DNA of 64,000 nt from Candidatus Levyibacteriota bacterium (lineage in GTDB: Bacteria > Patescibacteriota > Microgenomatia > Levybacterales > UBA12049): the NCBI GenBank assembly GCA_041906785.1, contig JAYRIM010000014.1, positions 3,215 through 67,214 on the forward strand, in the 5' to 3' direction. Every line of letters begins with the position of its first letter. Position 1 is the first letter of the stretch. Position numbers and translations under genes: made by a program. The notes beneath the pieces were generated by a model. It had not been told where the DNA came from. It searched no databases and worked only from the letters and a program-made list of their open reading frames with translations. Positions 28,039-37,636 of the stretch are shown here, piece by piece.

Positions 28039-29625
28039 TTATCTTTTTCTTTGTTTAAGTTTCTTCGCGATAAACCATGTAAAAACTACAATAATAGCAA
28101 TTATAGGAATCGAAAAGACGATTATTTCCGGCGCAAAATACTTATACAATTCTGAAGCATTCCGTACTTGGGGTTCTCGTTTTTCTTCAGGTAGGGCTGC
28201 TGACGAAATAATAATAGTATTTTTTTTCCACATATCAGGTTGTCCTTTTTTTGAAACCCGCCACAATACTCCGCTGCCAGGTACATATTTCACGCCATCT
28301 GTACCTATTGTCGTTGCACCCCAATCCACAATATAAAGACTATTATCTGGTCCGAATACTACATCTGACGGTCGGTTTAATCCTCCTGATTGATTTATAT
28401 ATGATGGACCTGGTAAGAAATTTGATGCGAATGAAGTCACTTCCTTTGTTTCCATGTTCACTTTCGATACACGAAAACCATTTGGCGTTATATTAAATCC
28501 AGCTGTCGGAACTGTATATGTTCCGAACTCAGCGACGAATAGATCGCCTTTATAACCGAAATCATCACTATTTGAGAAGGCTATGCCATTTGTCCCGCTA
28601 TGGGTAGGAAAAGTGAGAATTGGTTCTTTTAATTCAGGATGTTTCTGCCAAAGAAATTCCGGTTTCGGTTTACTCGGTTCATGGAACCGTTCATCAGTAA
28701 CAGGTGCGCTATCGAAATATTCAGGCCATCCATACCATGCGTCTTGTTTAACCTCGACAAGATAATCAACATCATTAAATACCGGTCTACTGCCGCGGAC
28801 ATCTGCACCGTGGAATGTAGACCAAAGAGTGTTATTTGCATCAAATGTTAAACCAAACGGATTTCGTAAACCCCACGCAACTAATTCGATTTCAGAACCA
28901 TCAGGATTAAACCGGATAATAGATCCGCCACATTTTACATTACCTTTTATTATTTCACCTGGTTTACTTGACGTCCCCAAAGGTTTATACGCACCCGTGG
29001 TAACTTTTTCACCTTTTTTTAAAGGATTGTCAGTTGTGAAATTTTTTCCGGTAAGTGTTATATCTTTACATGGAACCTCGTGTGCCTCTGGAGATTTATC
29101 CAGCCAACCAAAAAGATAATTATCTTCGCCCACAACTCCAGTATTAGTTGTCGTTCCTTGTCCCACATATATTTTCCCATCAGGACCGCGAACGATTTTA
29201 TTATTTTGATGATCTCCTTGTGAAGGTAGTCCTGTTACGATATCTGTCAGCTTTCCGTTCTGAAGAAGAGAGATTTTTCCTTTGTGCGAAATATATAATT
29301 TCTTATCAAGCATTAAAAGACCAGTGACCGGACTCTCTAAACCTTTTTCCAGTAAAACCTCTACCTTTCCTTCAGGAGTAATCTTTAAAATGCGGGGTTT
29401 TGCAGTATTTTGAAATCCAGATTCTGCTATGAGGACATTTTTCCCATCAAAGATTGCGGTAGTAGGTACGCTTAGATTCGCTACTACTGCTTCGACTTCG
29501 TAACCATCAGGTACGTTAATTGCGTTTGGTTCAATCTTTCGTTTGAGTTCCTCAGCAGTAGCAGTACGGTTGAATGCTTGGGTTACAATGAAAAACCCAA
29601 GTAGACAACTCATAATTTTTTTCAT
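28039..29625 (-). CDS. PQQ-dependent sugar (glucose/sorbosone) dehydrogenase-like beta-propeller, surface anchored
   Basis: Signal peptide; GDHQNN, GLRNPFG, WYGWP, RPSDVVFGPD; C-terminal TM. Confidence 0.82.
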   Translation of the reverse strand: MKKIMSCLLGFFIVTQAFNRTATAEELKRKIEPNAINVPDGYEVEAVVANLSVPTTAIFDGKNVLIAESGFQNTAKPRILKITPEGKVEVLLEKGLESPVTGLLMLDKKLYISHKGKISLLQNGKLTDIVTGLPSQGDHQNNKIVRGPDGKIYVGQGTTTNTGVVGEDNYLFGWLDKSPEAHEVPCKDITLTGKNFTTDNPLKKGEKVTTGAYKPLGTSSKPGEIIKGNVKCGGSIIRFNPDGSEIELVAWGLRNPFGLTFDANNTLWSTFHGADVRGSRPVFNDVDYLVEVKQDAWYGWPEYFDSAPVTDERFHEPSKPKPEFLWQKHPELKEPILTFPTHSGTNGIAFSNSDDFGYKGDLFVAEFGTYTVPTAGFNITPNGFRVSKVNMETKEVTSFASNFLPGPSYINQSGGLNRPSDVVFGPDNSLYIVDWGATTIGTDGVKYVPGSGVLWRVSKKGQPDMWKKNTIIISSAALPEEKREPQVRNASELYKYFAPEIIVFSIPIIAIIVVFTWFIAKKLKQRKR

Positions 29626-29707
29626 TGTCGTACATCTACCACAGCTACATTAAAGTTACGTAAGAATTTTGCTATTGTAGATACAACTATCGAAAGGAGG
29701 TGAACAT

Positions 29708-29890
29708 ATGAAAAAATGGCTTGTTGTTTTCGTTTTACTACTTCTGGGCATATATTGGTTATTCGACCATACAGCTCCTATGCCTTTAAATCATGAACAA
29801 TTCGGACTCTATAACCACGATATACATCGCATGATAGGAATTGTATTTTTCCTTAGCGCAGGATTAGTATGGTGGAAATGGAAAGTTTAG
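29708..29890 (+). CDS. Small 2-TM hypothetical protein
   Basis: Strong SD AAGGAGGTGA; two hydrophobic segments. Confidence 0.7.
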   Translation: MKKWLVVFVLLLLGIYWLFDHTAPMPLNHEQFGLYNHDIHRMIGIVFFLSAGLVWWKWKV

Positions 29891-29956
29891 TAGGTATATA
29901 TTTATCTATAGCTTAAGTGTGTCTTTGCTGTGGAATTCTTGCTATAATATAACTTC

Positions 29957-31144
29957 ATGATTAAAAATAATCGGAATCTCCTTATTATCGCGTTGATCGC
30001 GCTTGTGAACATGCTCGGATATGGAATTATTATTCCTATTCTCTATGCATATTCTAAGAAATTTGGTCTTTCTGATTTCCAAAATGGCCTTCTTTTTGCT
30101 TCATTTTCAATTTGCCAATTTATCGCCACACCCATTATCGGCCGTTTATCAGATAAATATGGCCGAAGACCGATGCTTCTCATGTCAATTAGCGGAACTG
30201 CACTTTCTTTTTTCATTATGGCGTTTGCGCCGAATGCTTGGTTTTTATTTTTAGCTCGTGCTCTTGATGGTATCACTGCAGGGAACATACCTGTGGCGTT
30301 TGCAGTTATCTCTGATTCGACAAAGCCTGAAGATCGAGCAAAAGCATTCGGGCTTATCGGAGCTGCATTTAATTTCGGATTTGTATTTGGTCCGGCAGTG
30401 GCAGCTTTTACTGTAGGTTTCGGGGAAGCGATTCCATTTATCATCGCCGGCATTATAACCCTGATTGCAGTATTGTTAACAGCGATATATTTACCTGAAA
30501 CAAATAAGCATATGGGAGAAGTGAAACAAGGAAAGCTTTTCGATTTTCCGAAATTATGGCATACGCTTTTCGATCCGAATATCGGAGTAACATTCGTGAT
30601 CTCACTCATATTTTTCCTTGCATTTTCCTGTGCGATTATTTATGGTTTTCAGCCATTTACTATGCATGTGTTGCATATTTCACAATCACAGAATGCTGTG
30701 TTATTCACAGTGTTCGGAACTGTCGGTCTTATCTCACAAAGTTTCTTAGTGCAGCGGATATCAAAAGTGCTGGGTATGAAAAAGGCCTTTACAACAGCTA
30801 TATTCTTTACAGCGGTTTCATTTATTCTTATGTTCTTTTCTCATGCGCTTCCGTTATTTATCGCCGCATCTATTATCCTGGCGCTATTTAACAGTGTGGT
30901 ACAAACATTACTTCCAGCGATTCTCTCCCAAGAGGCAGATGCGAAATCCCAAGGATCTATAATGGGATTGAATGCTTCCTATCAAAGTATCGGCATGATA
31001 GTCGGGCCTATTCTCGGAGGAGCAGTAGCAGAAAAAATTAGTATTTCATCTCCATTTATTATCGGAAGCGTACTCGTACTTATTTGTTTTTTCCTTTCCT
31101 TCCAAGTTCTTCGCCCAGGAGTCAGAAAAGAATCTGCATTCTGA
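29957..31144 (+). CDS. MFS transporter (TetA/DHA1-like)
   Basis: GRLSDKYGRRP motif A; 12 TM. Confidence 0.92.
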   Translation: MIKNNRNLLIIALIALVNMLGYGIIIPILYAYSKKFGLSDFQNGLLFASFSICQFIATPIIGRLSDKYGRRPMLLMSISGTALSFFIMAFAPNAWFLFLARALDGITAGNIPVAFAVISDSTKPEDRAKAFGLIGAAFNFGFVFGPAVAAFTVGFGEAIPFIIAGIITLIAVLLTAIYLPETNKHMGEVKQGKLFDFPKLWHTLFDPNIGVTFVISLIFFLAFSCAIIYGFQPFTMHVLHISQSQNAVLFTVFGTVGLISQSFLVQRISKVLGMKKAFTTAIFFTAVSFILMFFSHALPLFIAASIILALFNSVVQTLLPAILSQEADAKSQGSIMGLNASYQSIGMIVGPILGGAVAEKISISSPFIIGSVLVLICFFLSFQVLRPGVRKESAF

Positions 31145-31189
31145 TTTTAATCAGAAAATTTGCTACAATAGCGCCCATAATGCTCTTCT

Positions 31190-31999
31190 ATGATTCGTAG
31201 TGAATTTGAAGGACCACTAGGTTTAAAACCGTCTTTAGCTCGTACTGTTTTTGAAGGTGCAAGAAAAATGAGTGGGTTAGAGATAAGCCAGGAAAGTAGA
31301 GAAAATCTCGCTAGAGTAAACGAGCGACTTGGAACAGGACCATTAGTAGTCTATGCAAATCACATATCCTTTCATGACGCCGGGGTCAGTATTCCGCTTG
31401 TACTTTCTCTACCAAACGCTAGACAAATACTCGGTCCAGTCGGATATAAATACTATGATTTACAACGTAATCCGGTTATGGGCGCATTCCTCCGATCATT
31501 GCCAGCAGTAGGGATTTATCCACTTCCAGTTGTTCAAGAAAATGATAGCTCTTCCTATCCAGGTGAGGTCCAAGAAAAGTTAGCACGTGCATATCTTCGT
31601 AGAACAAGAGAAACGCTTGATCAACCAGGTACACTCTTTGGTATTGCTCCTGAAGGAACAAGAAATTCGAAAGGAACTTTACAACGCGGACATCCTGGTT
31701 TAGGTTACCTTGAGAGGTTGGTGCGTAAACATGAATTATCATATGTGCCGATTGGTTTTGCATATCGGGAACATTCAGACCGACCAAGCATAACCGTTGG
31801 TGAACCGTTTACATTACGAGAGCTATTGCCTGAGGGATTTATGTTTGGAGAGCCTCAGAGAGAGCATGCACAGCAGCGCACAGATCTACTCATGGTAAAA
31901 CTTGCTGCACTACTGCCTCCGCATATGCGTGGGGATTATAGCGACCCTGAGCAGTATCTGGAACCCTTGGGTTTGCAAGTAGATGATATAGCGTTATAG
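31190..31999 (+). CDS. Lysophospholipid acyltransferase (PlsC-like)
   Basis: NHISFHD (HX4D) and PEGTR motifs. Confidence 0.8.
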   Translation: MIRSEFEGPLGLKPSLARTVFEGARKMSGLEISQESRENLARVNERLGTGPLVVYANHISFHDAGVSIPLVLSLPNARQILGPVGYKYYDLQRNPVMGAFLRSLPAVGIYPLPVVQENDSSSYPGEVQEKLARAYLRRTRETLDQPGTLFGIAPEGTRNSKGTLQRGHPGLGYLERLVRKHELSYVPIGFAYREHSDRPSITVGEPFTLRELLPEGFMFGEPQREHAQQRTDLLMVKLAALLPPHMRGDYSDPEQYLEPLGLQVDDIAL

Positions 32000-32163
32000 T
32001 GACAGGACACCCTAAACATTCATAATTTTTCATGAGAGAAGAAGCATTTTTTCTATGTGGGTAGGTACATACTGTAGACATGAAGAAACCTGAACGAGAA
32101 ACATTTTCCACGAGAACGAGTAAGGTATTTGGTGGTATTGAGGTTGCAAATTAACTTTCCGAA

Positions 32164-32505
32164 CTATTCAAGCGGATATTTTTTAATTCGCCATGCAAGC
32201 AATCCGCTTTTCATATTGAAAACATTTGTATACCCTAGTTTCACCATAGTATCGACTGCAATTACGCTTCGAGATCCACTGAGACAATAAACTACTATTT
32301 TCGCATTTTTATCAGGGATTACATCATCTATATGTTGCTGGACTTGATCAACAGAAAGATTGATACTTGAAGAGATATGATTTTTACCATATTCTTCAGG
32401 GGTTCGTACATCCAGCACAGTTATATTCTCTTTAGCCTTTAGAGAGGTATATACTTCTTCAACTGAAATAGTGGGTACATCGGGCTCAAAAAATCCAAAT
32501 ATCAT
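32164..32505 (-). CDS. Rhodanese-like domain protein
   Basis: LDVRTPEEY..HI; YCLSGSRS; GLLAW. Confidence 0.9.
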   Translation of the reverse strand: MIFGFFEPDVPTISVEEVYTSLKAKENITVLDVRTPEEYGKNHISSSINLSVDQVQQHIDDVIPDKNAKIVVYCLSGSRSVIAVDTMVKLGYTNVFNMKSGLLAWRIKKYPLE

Positions 32506-32506
32506 A

Positions 32507-32926
32507 TTATTTTTTTACCTTCCAAGTAAAAAACGCGATAAGGAGAAACGCTGTTAGACAGAGAGTTGCCTGTGTAATAAATCCGAAAAGATTAAAATAT
32601 TTTGTCGTGCATACGACGCTGGCAGAACATGCTTGCTGCGTAGCGTCGATAACATTCCAATGAATAAGCTGTTGATATGCTGCTGCAGGAATACCGAAGA
32701 GAAGGGAAGGAAAAACATATGCTGAAATGTTGCGGTCTTTTTTCAGAATTCCTACAGTAAGAATAAGAAGGGTCCCAAACATGAGCATTCGCTCAAACCA
32801 GCATAATGATGCAGCAGGGTTACCTTTTATTTCAATAAAGTACACACTGGCCAGTGTAGCGGCGAATGCAGTAACCCAAGATGCATATAGAAGAGTACTT
32901 CGTTCGCGCTCTTTCTCAGCATTCAT
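32507..32926 (-). CDS. DsbB/BdbC-like disulfide bond formation protein
   Basis: LCWFER, second Cys pair C.....C, 4 TM; start moved to ATG 32926. Confidence 0.75.
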   Translation of the reverse strand: MNAEKERERSTLLYASWVTAFAATLASVYFIEIKGNPAASLCWFERMLMFGTLLILTVGILKKDRNISAYVFPSLLFGIPAAAYQQLIHWNVIDATQQACSASVVCTTKYFNLFGFITQATLCLTAFLLIAFFTWKVKK

Positions 32927-33063
32927 ATATTTATTATAGCGAAGAGAATATATCTGTCTGTGATTAAAATCGCAGAATGATTGTTCATAGGGATTCAAAA
33001 AAAATGCTGTGATAGAGATCATACCGAAGAATAATATGAGAACTTATAATTTTAATTTATCAT

Positions 33064-33594
33064 ATGCCGCATTGTGATACTTTAAACGGTCCGGTTGTTT
33101 TAGCAGCGAAAAAAGCGTTAGAAGCAGGAAATGTGAATTACGTTCTTATTTGGGTGCCGAAAGAAGCTGAAAGCGAACTAAAACATGCTTTCGAGAAAAC
33201 TCTTGCTGTTAGCAAATTGGGAAATGAAGCGAAGGAACTCGCAGAGTATTGGTTTTACGAAACAGCAGTGCGTTTACATCGTGCCGGTGAAGGAGAAGGT
33301 TTTACAGGATTAAAACCAGAAGGAAAACTTGATCCTATTGTTCAAAAAGCGGAACATGCTATTGAAGTTGACACTGCACATGAGTTTGTGGATATTATCA
33401 AGCGGGCTGTAGAGGTCGAGTTGAACGAGCGGTTTGAAAAAGTACTTCATACGAAAAATTATGAGGTGAATGATGTTGACGCTGGAAGAAAATTTATAGA
33501 GGCATACATAGGGTTTGTAATCTATGCTCACCATTTATTCGAAAGTCTATCAGCAAGTCATCATCTGGATGAAAAAAGTAAACACGAACACTAA
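33064..33594 (+). CDS. DUF6448-like hypothetical protein
   Basis: HCDTLNGPVV..FYETAVRLHRAGEG..FTGLKP. Confidence 0.7.
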   Translation: MPHCDTLNGPVVLAAKKALEAGNVNYVLIWVPKEAESELKHAFEKTLAVSKLGNEAKELAEYWFYETAVRLHRAGEGEGFTGLKPEGKLDPIVQKAEHAIEVDTAHEFVDIIKRAVEVELNERFEKVLHTKNYEVNDVDAGRKFIEAYIGFVIYAHHLFESLSASHHLDEKSKHEH

Positions 33595-33669
33595 TTTTTA
33601 TAGCTCTATCGTTGCTTTCTTTTCCATTTTTTAGCATACTAAATGTAATCCTCCTGCAGGAGAGATTAT

Positions 33670-36015
33670 ATGGTGTTTTTTAGAGTTTTTCAGAATTTTT
33701 GTATATTTCTTTTTTGTTTATATTCTTTGTTATTTCTACCTCGATTCGCTTTTGCTGCAAGTCAGGTGGTAACGAATAATAATAATTCAGGAGCAGGGTC
33801 ACTGCGTCAAGCAATTCTTGATATAGAGTCCAGCGGCTCTGATGGAGATACTATTACATTTAATCTCTCTGCAGGAAACGAGACTATTACTATTTCTTCA
33901 CAATTTGCGCTTATTTGGCAAAAGAATTTTACAATTGATGGTGACAATACTGCAGGAAGTGGTACGAATGTGACTATTCAAGTAACTACGCCGGGCAGTT
34001 CTTCATTCAGAATCTTTGAAATACGACCATATAGCGGAACCTATTTATTTAAAAACATGACTTTGTATGGAGGAAACGTTAGTACTGAGTACGGTGGAAC
34101 TATTAAAGTTTACTCTGGTGACAGTACAGGAAACTTAACACTTGATAATGTAATAATTGATGGATCAAAAGCTATGTATGGTGGTTGTGTCTATGCATGG
34201 GGAACAATGGGAACATTAACTATCACAAACAGCACCTTTACCAATTGTCAGGCTACCAATGCATCGCCTTATGGTGGTGGAGCATTATTTATGCGGTCTG
34301 TCGGTACGATAAATATCAGTAGTTCTTCATTTACTAATAACTCAAGCATTTACCAGGGAGGAGGTATCTATATGTTCGATCAAACATTTACTATGGATAA
34401 AATAACGGTTACCGGTAATTCAGCGAGTAACCAAGGTGGAGGAATATATTTAGATGGGGATAATGCTTTAGCAATTGCTACATTAACGAATTCTACCATA
34501 GCAAATAATACCTCTTCGTCTCATGGTGGTGGGCTTCTTTTATATTACGGAAGAGTGCAGATTACGAACAGTACAATAAGTAGTAATACTTCTTCAGGTG
34601 TGGGAGGAGGATTTTATTCGGGATATGGAAGCCCCTATTTAACTAATGTCACACTTGCAAATAATAATTCTACAGGAGGAACAGCTGATGGCGTGTATCA
34701 TGAAGGTGGCTCTACGCTGTATATGAAAAACACGATTCTTGCAAATAACGGTACAGGCTATGATATGACAAATAATGCTACTGTATCAGATAGCGGATAT
34801 AATATTGTAGAAAATTCTTCCGGAAAAACATTTAATGCGACAGGAGATATAGCTGGCAACCAAGCAAATTTGAACCTTGATAGCACACTGGCTGATAATA
34901 GTACTTTAAATGGGACACAAACATTAGCTCTTGCTTCTGGCAGTGTGGCAATTGATGCTGGAAATTCTACGACATATCAGTCAATAACAATACCTTCTAC
35001 AGATCAACGCGGTTTAAGTAGATCAGGAACATTGGATATAGGTGCTTATGAATATGCAGGAGGGGGAAGTACGCCTACTCCCACGCCTACAAATACACCA
35101 ACACCTACACCGACACCTACAAATACCCCGACGCCCACACCTGCTCCCACAAGCACGCCTACTCCCACGCCCACAAATACTCAAACTCCTACTCCAACAA
35201 ATACCCCTAGTCCTACCTCAACACCTACTCCCACTGTGGTGCAAACTACAAGTACATCTACATCAGAAACTTCTTCAAAAGGAACAGAAACATGTCCTTC
35301 AAGATATGTTGAATGTCCGAATACAGGACCAATATTCCAAAGAGCTCAGTTAGTAACATCAGATGGAGTCTACGCTAGCCATGGACAGTTTTTCCTAAAT
35401 CCGCTTCCAGGCAGTATGGATTTAGTCATAAAGATAGACCAACAGAATACGGTTAACCTTCTAACTAAACAGGTTGATGTGCCAGTGCCTTGGCAGCAGG
35501 GATACAACACAGCCGGAGAAATTTTTTCTTATAATGCTAAGTCAGCGTTTAACGGCTACCCTGTGACGACTATTGATTCTCCTGCGATTATTATCTTACC
35601 ATATGACCCGAATCGTCTGTTCGGTCGCACACCAGATGAATTACGAATAGGGTATTATAACCAAACACTGAAACGATGGGAGATTATTCAGGATAATACA
35701 GTTGTGGATACAGAAAAACATACAGTAGCCAATACGACACGTATAATGACGTATTATGCTGTAGTCTATCCTCGTACGAATATCATTCCGCCTGTTCTGA
35801 AGGCAGCTTCAAAAAAAACAAAAACCCTAGGGGTGAAAACGAAATGTGGAGAATATATAGTGGAAGCTGGAGATTCGTTATGGACTATTGCGGAAGAGTT
35901 TTTAGGAAAAGGGGAAAACTACAAATCAATAAGAGAAAAAAATAAAAAGCAATTTCCTTCCTTAGAGAAATCTACCATGATAAAACCTGGTTGGAAGTTA
36001 CAGGTAGGTTGTTAA
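33670..36015 (+). CDS. Exported beta-helix (Pmp-like / choice-of-anchor Q) protein with PT linker and C-terminal LysM
   Basis: Signal peptide; GSLRQAI; GGG(I/L) repeats; DQRG..DIGAYE; (PT)n; YIVEAGDSLWTIA..IKPGWKL. Confidence 0.82.
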   Translation: MVFFRVFQNFCIFLFCLYSLLFLPRFAFAASQVVTNNNNSGAGSLRQAILDIESSGSDGDTITFNLSAGNETITISSQFALIWQKNFTIDGDNTAGSGTNVTIQVTTPGSSSFRIFEIRPYSGTYLFKNMTLYGGNVSTEYGGTIKVYSGDSTGNLTLDNVIIDGSKAMYGGCVYAWGTMGTLTITNSTFTNCQATNASPYGGGALFMRSVGTINISSSSFTNNSSIYQGGGIYMFDQTFTMDKITVTGNSASNQGGGIYLDGDNALAIATLTNSTIANNTSSSHGGGLLLYYGRVQITNSTISSNTSSGVGGGFYSGYGSPYLTNVTLANNNSTGGTADGVYHEGGSTLYMKNTILANNGTGYDMTNNATVSDSGYNIVENSSGKTFNATGDIAGNQANLNLDSTLADNSTLNGTQTLALASGSVAIDAGNSTTYQSITIPSTDQRGLSRSGTLDIGAYEYAGGGSTPTPTPTNTPTPTPTPTNTPTPTPAPTSTPTPTPTNTQTPTPTNTPSPTSTPTPTVVQTTSTSTSETSSKGTETCPSRYVECPNTGPIFQRAQLVTSDGVYASHGQFFLNPLPGSMDLVIKIDQQNTVNLLTKQVDVPVPWQQGYNTAGEIFSYNAKSAFNGYPVTTIDSPAIIILPYDPNRLFGRTPDELRIGYYNQTLKRWEIIQDNTVVDTEKHTVANTTRIMTYYAVVYPRTNIIPPVLKAASKKTKTLGVKTKCGEYIVEAGDSLWTIAEEFLGKGENYKSIREKNKKQFPSLEKSTMIKPGWKLQVGC

Positions 36016-36052
36016 GTTATAGAAAAATATTCTTCATGCTATAATTAGCTTC

Positions 36053-37165
36053 ATGAATCTATCAGTCGGGATTGTAGGGTTGCCCAACGTTGGGAAGTCT
36101 ACGCTTTTTAATGCGCTTCTCAAAAAGCAGCAGGCGCTCGCTGCGAACTATCCGTTCGCGACTATAGAACCGAATGTCGGTGTCGTGCCAGTGCCTGATG
36201 CAAGGTTAAACAAATTGGCAGAGATTACGAAAGAGGAAGAAAAGATGAATGAACTGCCACCACTTAAGCCAGCGACGGTGGAGTTTGTGGATATTGCTGG
36301 ACTTGTGAAAGGTGCTTCAGAAGGAGCAGGCCTGGGAAATAAATTTCTCGCCAATATTCGTGAAGTGAATATCATTGCTCATGTAGTAAGGGCTTTTACC
36401 GATGAAAATGTTATACGCGAAGGAAGTGTCAGTCCTGAAGAAGATTATAGAACGATTCAGACAGAATTAGTTTTAGCAGATCTGGCGACGATTGAAAAGC
36501 AGCGCGAGAGCAAAACAGTGAAAACTGATCCCATGAAAAAGGAAGTCGTCGAAAAACTATATAAAGGATTAAATGCAGGTGTCTCGGCGAAAGATATACC
36601 ATTAACAGATGAAGAACGGGAAGTTGCAAGGGAATTTTTTCTTTTATCAAACAAACAGGAAGTAATTGTATTAAATGTCGTGGAAGGCGATTATAACCCT
36701 TCGGGTATTGAGGCCGCAATTGAGAAATATACGAATGAGATTGGGTCGTCTTCTGCTCGCAATGACAATATTGTTGTTATTTCTGCAAAAATCGAATCAG
36801 AACTTGCTGCATTGTCTGAAGAAGAGCAAAAAATATATTTGGCAGATTTAGGGCTTGAAGCATCGGGGTTGGAACGACTAATTCAGAAAGCATATGCGAC
36901 GCTCGGGTTGATTTCTTTTCTGACAGCTGGTGAGAAAGAAGTTCGTGCGTGGACTATTAAAAGAGGAACAAATGCGCAGAATGCAGCGGGAGAAATTCAT
37001 ACAGATTTTATTAAAAAGTTTATTAAAGCTGAGGTTGTTGCCTATGAAGATTTCATTACCCAAAAGGGTTGGAAAGGGAGTAGGGAAGCAGGAAAGGCGA
37101 GGTTAGAAGGAAAAGAGTATTTGATGCAAGACGGTGATGTGGTTGAATTTAAGATAGGCTCTTAA
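36053..37165 (+). CDS. ychF: Redox-regulated ATPase YchF
   Basis: GIVGLPNVGKSTLFNA, NYPFATIEPN, DIAGLV, GLGNKFL, TGS domain. Confidence 0.97.
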   Translation: MNLSVGIVGLPNVGKSTLFNALLKKQQALAANYPFATIEPNVGVVPVPDARLNKLAEITKEEEKMNELPPLKPATVEFVDIAGLVKGASEGAGLGNKFLANIREVNIIAHVVRAFTDENVIREGSVSPEEDYRTIQTELVLADLATIEKQRESKTVKTDPMKKEVVEKLYKGLNAGVSAKDIPLTDEEREVAREFFLLSNKQEVIVLNVVEGDYNPSGIEAAIEKYTNEIGSSSARNDNIVVISAKIESELAALSEEEQKIYLADLGLEASGLERLIQKAYATLGLISFLTAGEKEVRAWTIKRGTNAQNAAGEIHTDFIKKFIKAEVVAYEDFITQKGWKGSREAGKARLEGKEYLMQDGDVVEFKIGS

Positions 37166-37195
37166 CACCAAACCACGCTAAAATTGAACGCGAAA

Positions 37196-37624
37196 CTACG
37201 CTTTTAGCCTAGCAGTATCATAAATCCTACGAATAATTTTTATTCCATTTGGTTCTCCAAAATTAATTAAATAGCCTAGTTTGTATTCTGAATTTTTTAA
37301 GTAGTACCAAAACTGTTTAACGTCATCCTTGTATAAAAATGGTTTAGCTTTTAGCTCAATAATAATAGAATTGTTTACCAGTAGGTCAGGAGTATAAACC
37401 CCAACTTTTGTTTCTAAGTGGTGAATTGGTAATTGTTTTTCTCGTTCAACAGTTAGTCCTTTATTTTTCAGCTCTACAAATAAAGCTTTTTGATAAATAG
37501 ATTCTTTTTGCGTGTTGCGAAATTTCTTATAAATAGAAAAGCATGCACCTTGAATTAAGAATGACTCTTGTGGAAAAAGTAGCGTGGTTTCGCGTAATGT
37601 TTTGCTTGGTTTTGCGATATCCAT
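37196..37624 (-). CDS. GxxExxY family PD-(D/E)XK protein
   Basis: (G>T)QKESIYQKAL, PDLLV, IIELKA, YLK..GYLINFG; flanked by inverted repeats. Confidence 0.85.
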   Translation of the reverse strand: MDIAKPSKTLRETTLLFPQESFLIQGACFSIYKKFRNTQKESIYQKALFVELKNKGLTVEREKQLPIHHLETKVGVYTPDLLVNNSIIIELKAKPFLYKDDVKQFWYYLKNSEYKLGYLINFGEPNGIKIIRRIYDTARLKA

Positions 37625-37636
37625 ACTAAAATTATA

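Noticed and set aside
35070-35235. Repetitive acNccN DNA as a separate repeat element
   Set aside because: It simply encodes the Pro/Thr linker of the LysM surface protein.
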